Below, in pieces: positions 61,221-64,000 of a stretch of 64,000 nucleotides of DNA (position 1 is the first letter of the stretch; every line of letters begins with the position of its first letter). The notes under the pieces were generated by a model. It was not told the origin of the DNA. It worked only from the letters and a program-made list of their open reading frames with translations, and made no database searches. The DNA lies in contig NC_082708.1 in NCBI RefSeq assembly GCF_030144855.1, forward strand, positions 17,794,001 through 17,858,000, given 5' to 3'. The translations under genes were made by a program, and so were the position numbers. This DNA is from Hypanus sabinus (Eukaryota).

Positions 61221-62021
61221 TAAACTATCTTTAACATTGGTACTTGTGACAATTGTAAACCAATCTATTCATTCATGAATTTAGAGATCCCTTAATTCAA
61301 TACTCATGACTTTCAACAATTGAGAGAATCTTAGCATCTGGCATTGCTGTGTACTGCAGAAAATGCACTGTGGCAAACAGAAGGACACTACAACAGGTAG
61401 TTCCAACTCTCCATTGCTTCACAGGTACCCGCCTACCCTTAATCATTGATGTACAAGACATACGGAAAGGTGCCGGAAAAAAGTCGGCAATACACACCAT
61501 GTTCACTAGACTCAAAAAAAAACAAGCAGTCAGGCTGATGAACACCTCCACCTGTTAACCCATCCCACCACTGCTCAGTCCTGCTAAATCCACATTGGCT
61601 GCTCCTCTCCACAGTCCCTCAGCACACTTCATCCCCTTGCACTGCCACGTTATACTTACACTTCACACCTCATACCTTCACTGACACAGTCCCTGTCCTA
61701 CTGGTCCTACTGTATTTTCATAAGGCCTGCTGCTGCACAGAAGGGTTCCTCTTGCCAGGAGTCACCTTTTCACTTGATCTGACTGGTTTGTCTTGATTAG
61801 CCAGGGCATCAAAGGGTACGGGGTGAAGGCAGGGGAGTGGGAATGACTGAAAGAATTGGGTCAGCCCATGATTGAATGGGCTAAATGGCCTACTTCTGCT
61901 TCTATATCTTATAGCCTTATGGTCTTAAATGATGCATTTCACTGCATATTTCAGTGTTTTGACCTTTATTCTTTAAACAGTCCTCACACAAAAGGTAAAA
62001 TTTTTACAGGAGAAAATCTAT

Positions 62022-62171
62022 CGATGCTGGGAATCAAAAGCAAGACACAAAATGCTGGAGGAACTCAGCAGGCCAGGCAGCATCTATGAAGAAGAGTAAA
62101 CAGTCAATGTTTTGGACTGAGACCTTTCACCAGGACCAGGCCTGCTGAGTTTCTCCAGCATTTTGTGTGTG
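62022..62171. mobile_element. Penelope-derived hairpin element
   Basis: Arms acacaaaatgctggaggaactcagcaggcc and ggcctgctgagtttctccagcattttgtgt. Confidence 0.78.
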
Positions 62172-62681
62172 CTGTAGTGAAAATCAAATATTCCCTCAAA
62201 ATGATAGCAAAATATAATGGCTTCAACAAAGCACATTGATGTTTCTTGAACCTACAATAGGATCATAAGTGATTAAAGAAAAACTCACCTACATCTTGAT
62301 GAACTATGTAAGTATTTCGCTATTGATTTATAAAATACATCTTGACAATTTAATTATAAGTAACAAACATGAAACATTTCAGATAAACCTAAAGTAAATG
62401 AAACCTAGTTCATTGTAAATCCAAACAAAATGTTTACCAATTCAGTTCATTGGAACCTGCTCAGTTACGTATACAGCAGATTTCAACTTTGAGACAGAAT
62501 GTACAACCAATAAATAATGTATTGCTTATGTATGGTGCAATAGAGACATCATAGAGGTAATTTAAAGAGACACTTGGATTGGTGTTGCTATCCTTATTTT
62601 ATTGTTTATTTTGCAAATGTAAGAGATGTATAGTTAATGCTACTTACTGTAATTCACATTTTTTTCTATCATTATATATTG

Positions 62682-62766
62682 TATTGTACTGCTGAAGCAA
62701 AATCAACAAATGTCATGACATATGTGTGGTCATGACATTTGTTGATTTTGCTTCAGCAGTACAATA
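62682..62766. repeat. Perfect 38-bp inverted repeat with 9-nt loop
   Basis: 62682-62719 and 62729-62766 are exact reverse complements. Confidence 0.95.
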
Positions 62767-62942
62767 TACCTGTCTGTACACGCTCCTGACTGCTCCTGTG
62801 GCTCCTCCCACAGACCCCTGTATAAAGGTGATTGGAGGTACTGCTCCTCCCTCAGTCTCCAGGATGTTGTGTGGTCATTTCTTGCAGCAAATAAAAGCCT
62901 GTCGTTTGCCTCCCGTCTCCGAAGGTTATTGATGGTGCATCA
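62725..62942 (+). mobile_element. Solo LTR family A in a Rex1 tail
   Basis: TGTGGT...GGTGCATCA with a perfect TSD atatg (62720-62724, 62943-62947). Confidence 0.88.
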
Positions 62943-63812
62943 ATATGCCAGTGAGAGATTAAACCTGATTCTGAATAGATGGGTGTGGAGGATTTTGGCC
63001 AACTGGGTCAGGTAAATACCTTTACGAGACTATAGAATTGTGTGTCTGTACTGCTTAATGCTCAGATCAGCAGAGAATCGTGGCACTGCCCTTTAGCCTA
63101 CGACTGCACACTACAAGGCTACCTCTGGTGCTGCCGTTTACCCTACTGCTATAAACACAAGAAGGAGTGCTACTGCCCAAACTTGGAAATGTTGATTGAA
63201 CCATACAAGTTAGAATCAACTATAATGAGGATGCATGTACTGATTGTAAGCGGAGTCGTTGTTCTCCATCTCACGTAAATAAAGAGTCTACTAACAAATA
63301 CCTGGGTCTGAGCCTTGTGTGGAAAAGGCAATTCCCTAACAATGTGTGACCACCAGGAAAAGCAAGGCAGGTAGGCAGACAGTGCTGAATGCCCCTTAAC
63401 AACAGTCAGGTCAAGTTTATTGTCACTTAACGATATACATGTACACCACCAAATGAGACAACATTTCCCTGGACCAGGATGTACGTATAACACACAACAA
63501 CTTTGGGAAGTAAGAATTAAAGCTACAAACGACTTATTCATAAATAAACAAAGTAAGGTGCATAAATTAAATATTGTGGGCTACAGAATAAATTAACCAG
63601 TGAACTTCAAATGCGATGTGGTGGGGAGTTCAGAGACCCAATGCCCTGAGGGAAGAAGCTGTTCCCCACCATTGACCATCTTTGTCTTTACGCATCCATC
63701 CTGCCTGATGGTAGAAAGCGCAATGCACGGGGCATTGAACTCATAAACACTACCTCACTACTTTTTTCTCTTTTTACACAATTTATTTAACTTTCAAAAT
63801 TACTTACTGTAA

Positions 63813-64000
63813 CATATAACAATTACGGCACGGAAACAGGCCATCTCGGCCCTTCTAGTGCATGCCAAACACTTACTCTCACCTAGTCCCACTGACCCGC
63901 ACTCAACCCATAACCCTCCATTCCTTTCCTGTCCATATACCTATCCAATTTTTTTTTTTAAATGACAAAATCGAACCTGCCTCTAACACTTCTACTGGAA
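63813..64000 (-). mobile_element. CR1 3' end, same subfamily as 45459-46485
   Basis: Closely matches 45696-45880. Confidence 0.9.

Noticed and set aside
63042-63278. Cys-rich 78-aa ORF as a toxin or defensin-like peptide
   Set aside because: Non-ATG start, no signal peptide and no recognisable cysteine spacing.
1-64000. Host protein-coding gene or prokaryote-style operon/defence system
   Set aside because: All recognisable ORFs are TE fragments with stops and frameshifts. The rest are short, mostly antisense shadows. Small exons cannot be excluded without transcripts.

Overview
This is eukaryotic, almost certainly vertebrate, non-coding DNA (intergenic or deep intronic). The repeat families (CR1 with octamer tails, Rex1/Babar, HE1-type V-SINEs, palindromic Penelope derivatives) point to a cartilaginous fish, probably a ray; that assignment is inference. 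I can support no host protein-coding gene, tRNA, rRNA or CRISPR array. Every ORF I recognise is a decayed transposon protein. The majority of the window is nested TEs: a Charlie/Buster hAT, Tc1-like elements, a Gypsy remnant, three solo-LTR families, CR1, Rex1/Babar, RTE, L1, Hero, Penelope and SINEs. The most notable structures are: (i) composite elements bounded by two ~70-bp palindromic Tc1-type mini-MITEs carrying two different cargos; (ii) three LINE insertions (one L1, two RTE) with twin-priming-type 5' inversions and target-site duplications (TSDs); (iii) a six-level TE nest at 41.4-50.9 kb; (iv) decayed minimal hammerhead ribozyme motifs in Penelope termini; (v) a perfect 38-bp hairpin formed at a solo-LTR junction. 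I found no convincing new gene-encoded system. Family names come from recalled motifs, not from database searches. Boundaries without a stated TSD are approximate.
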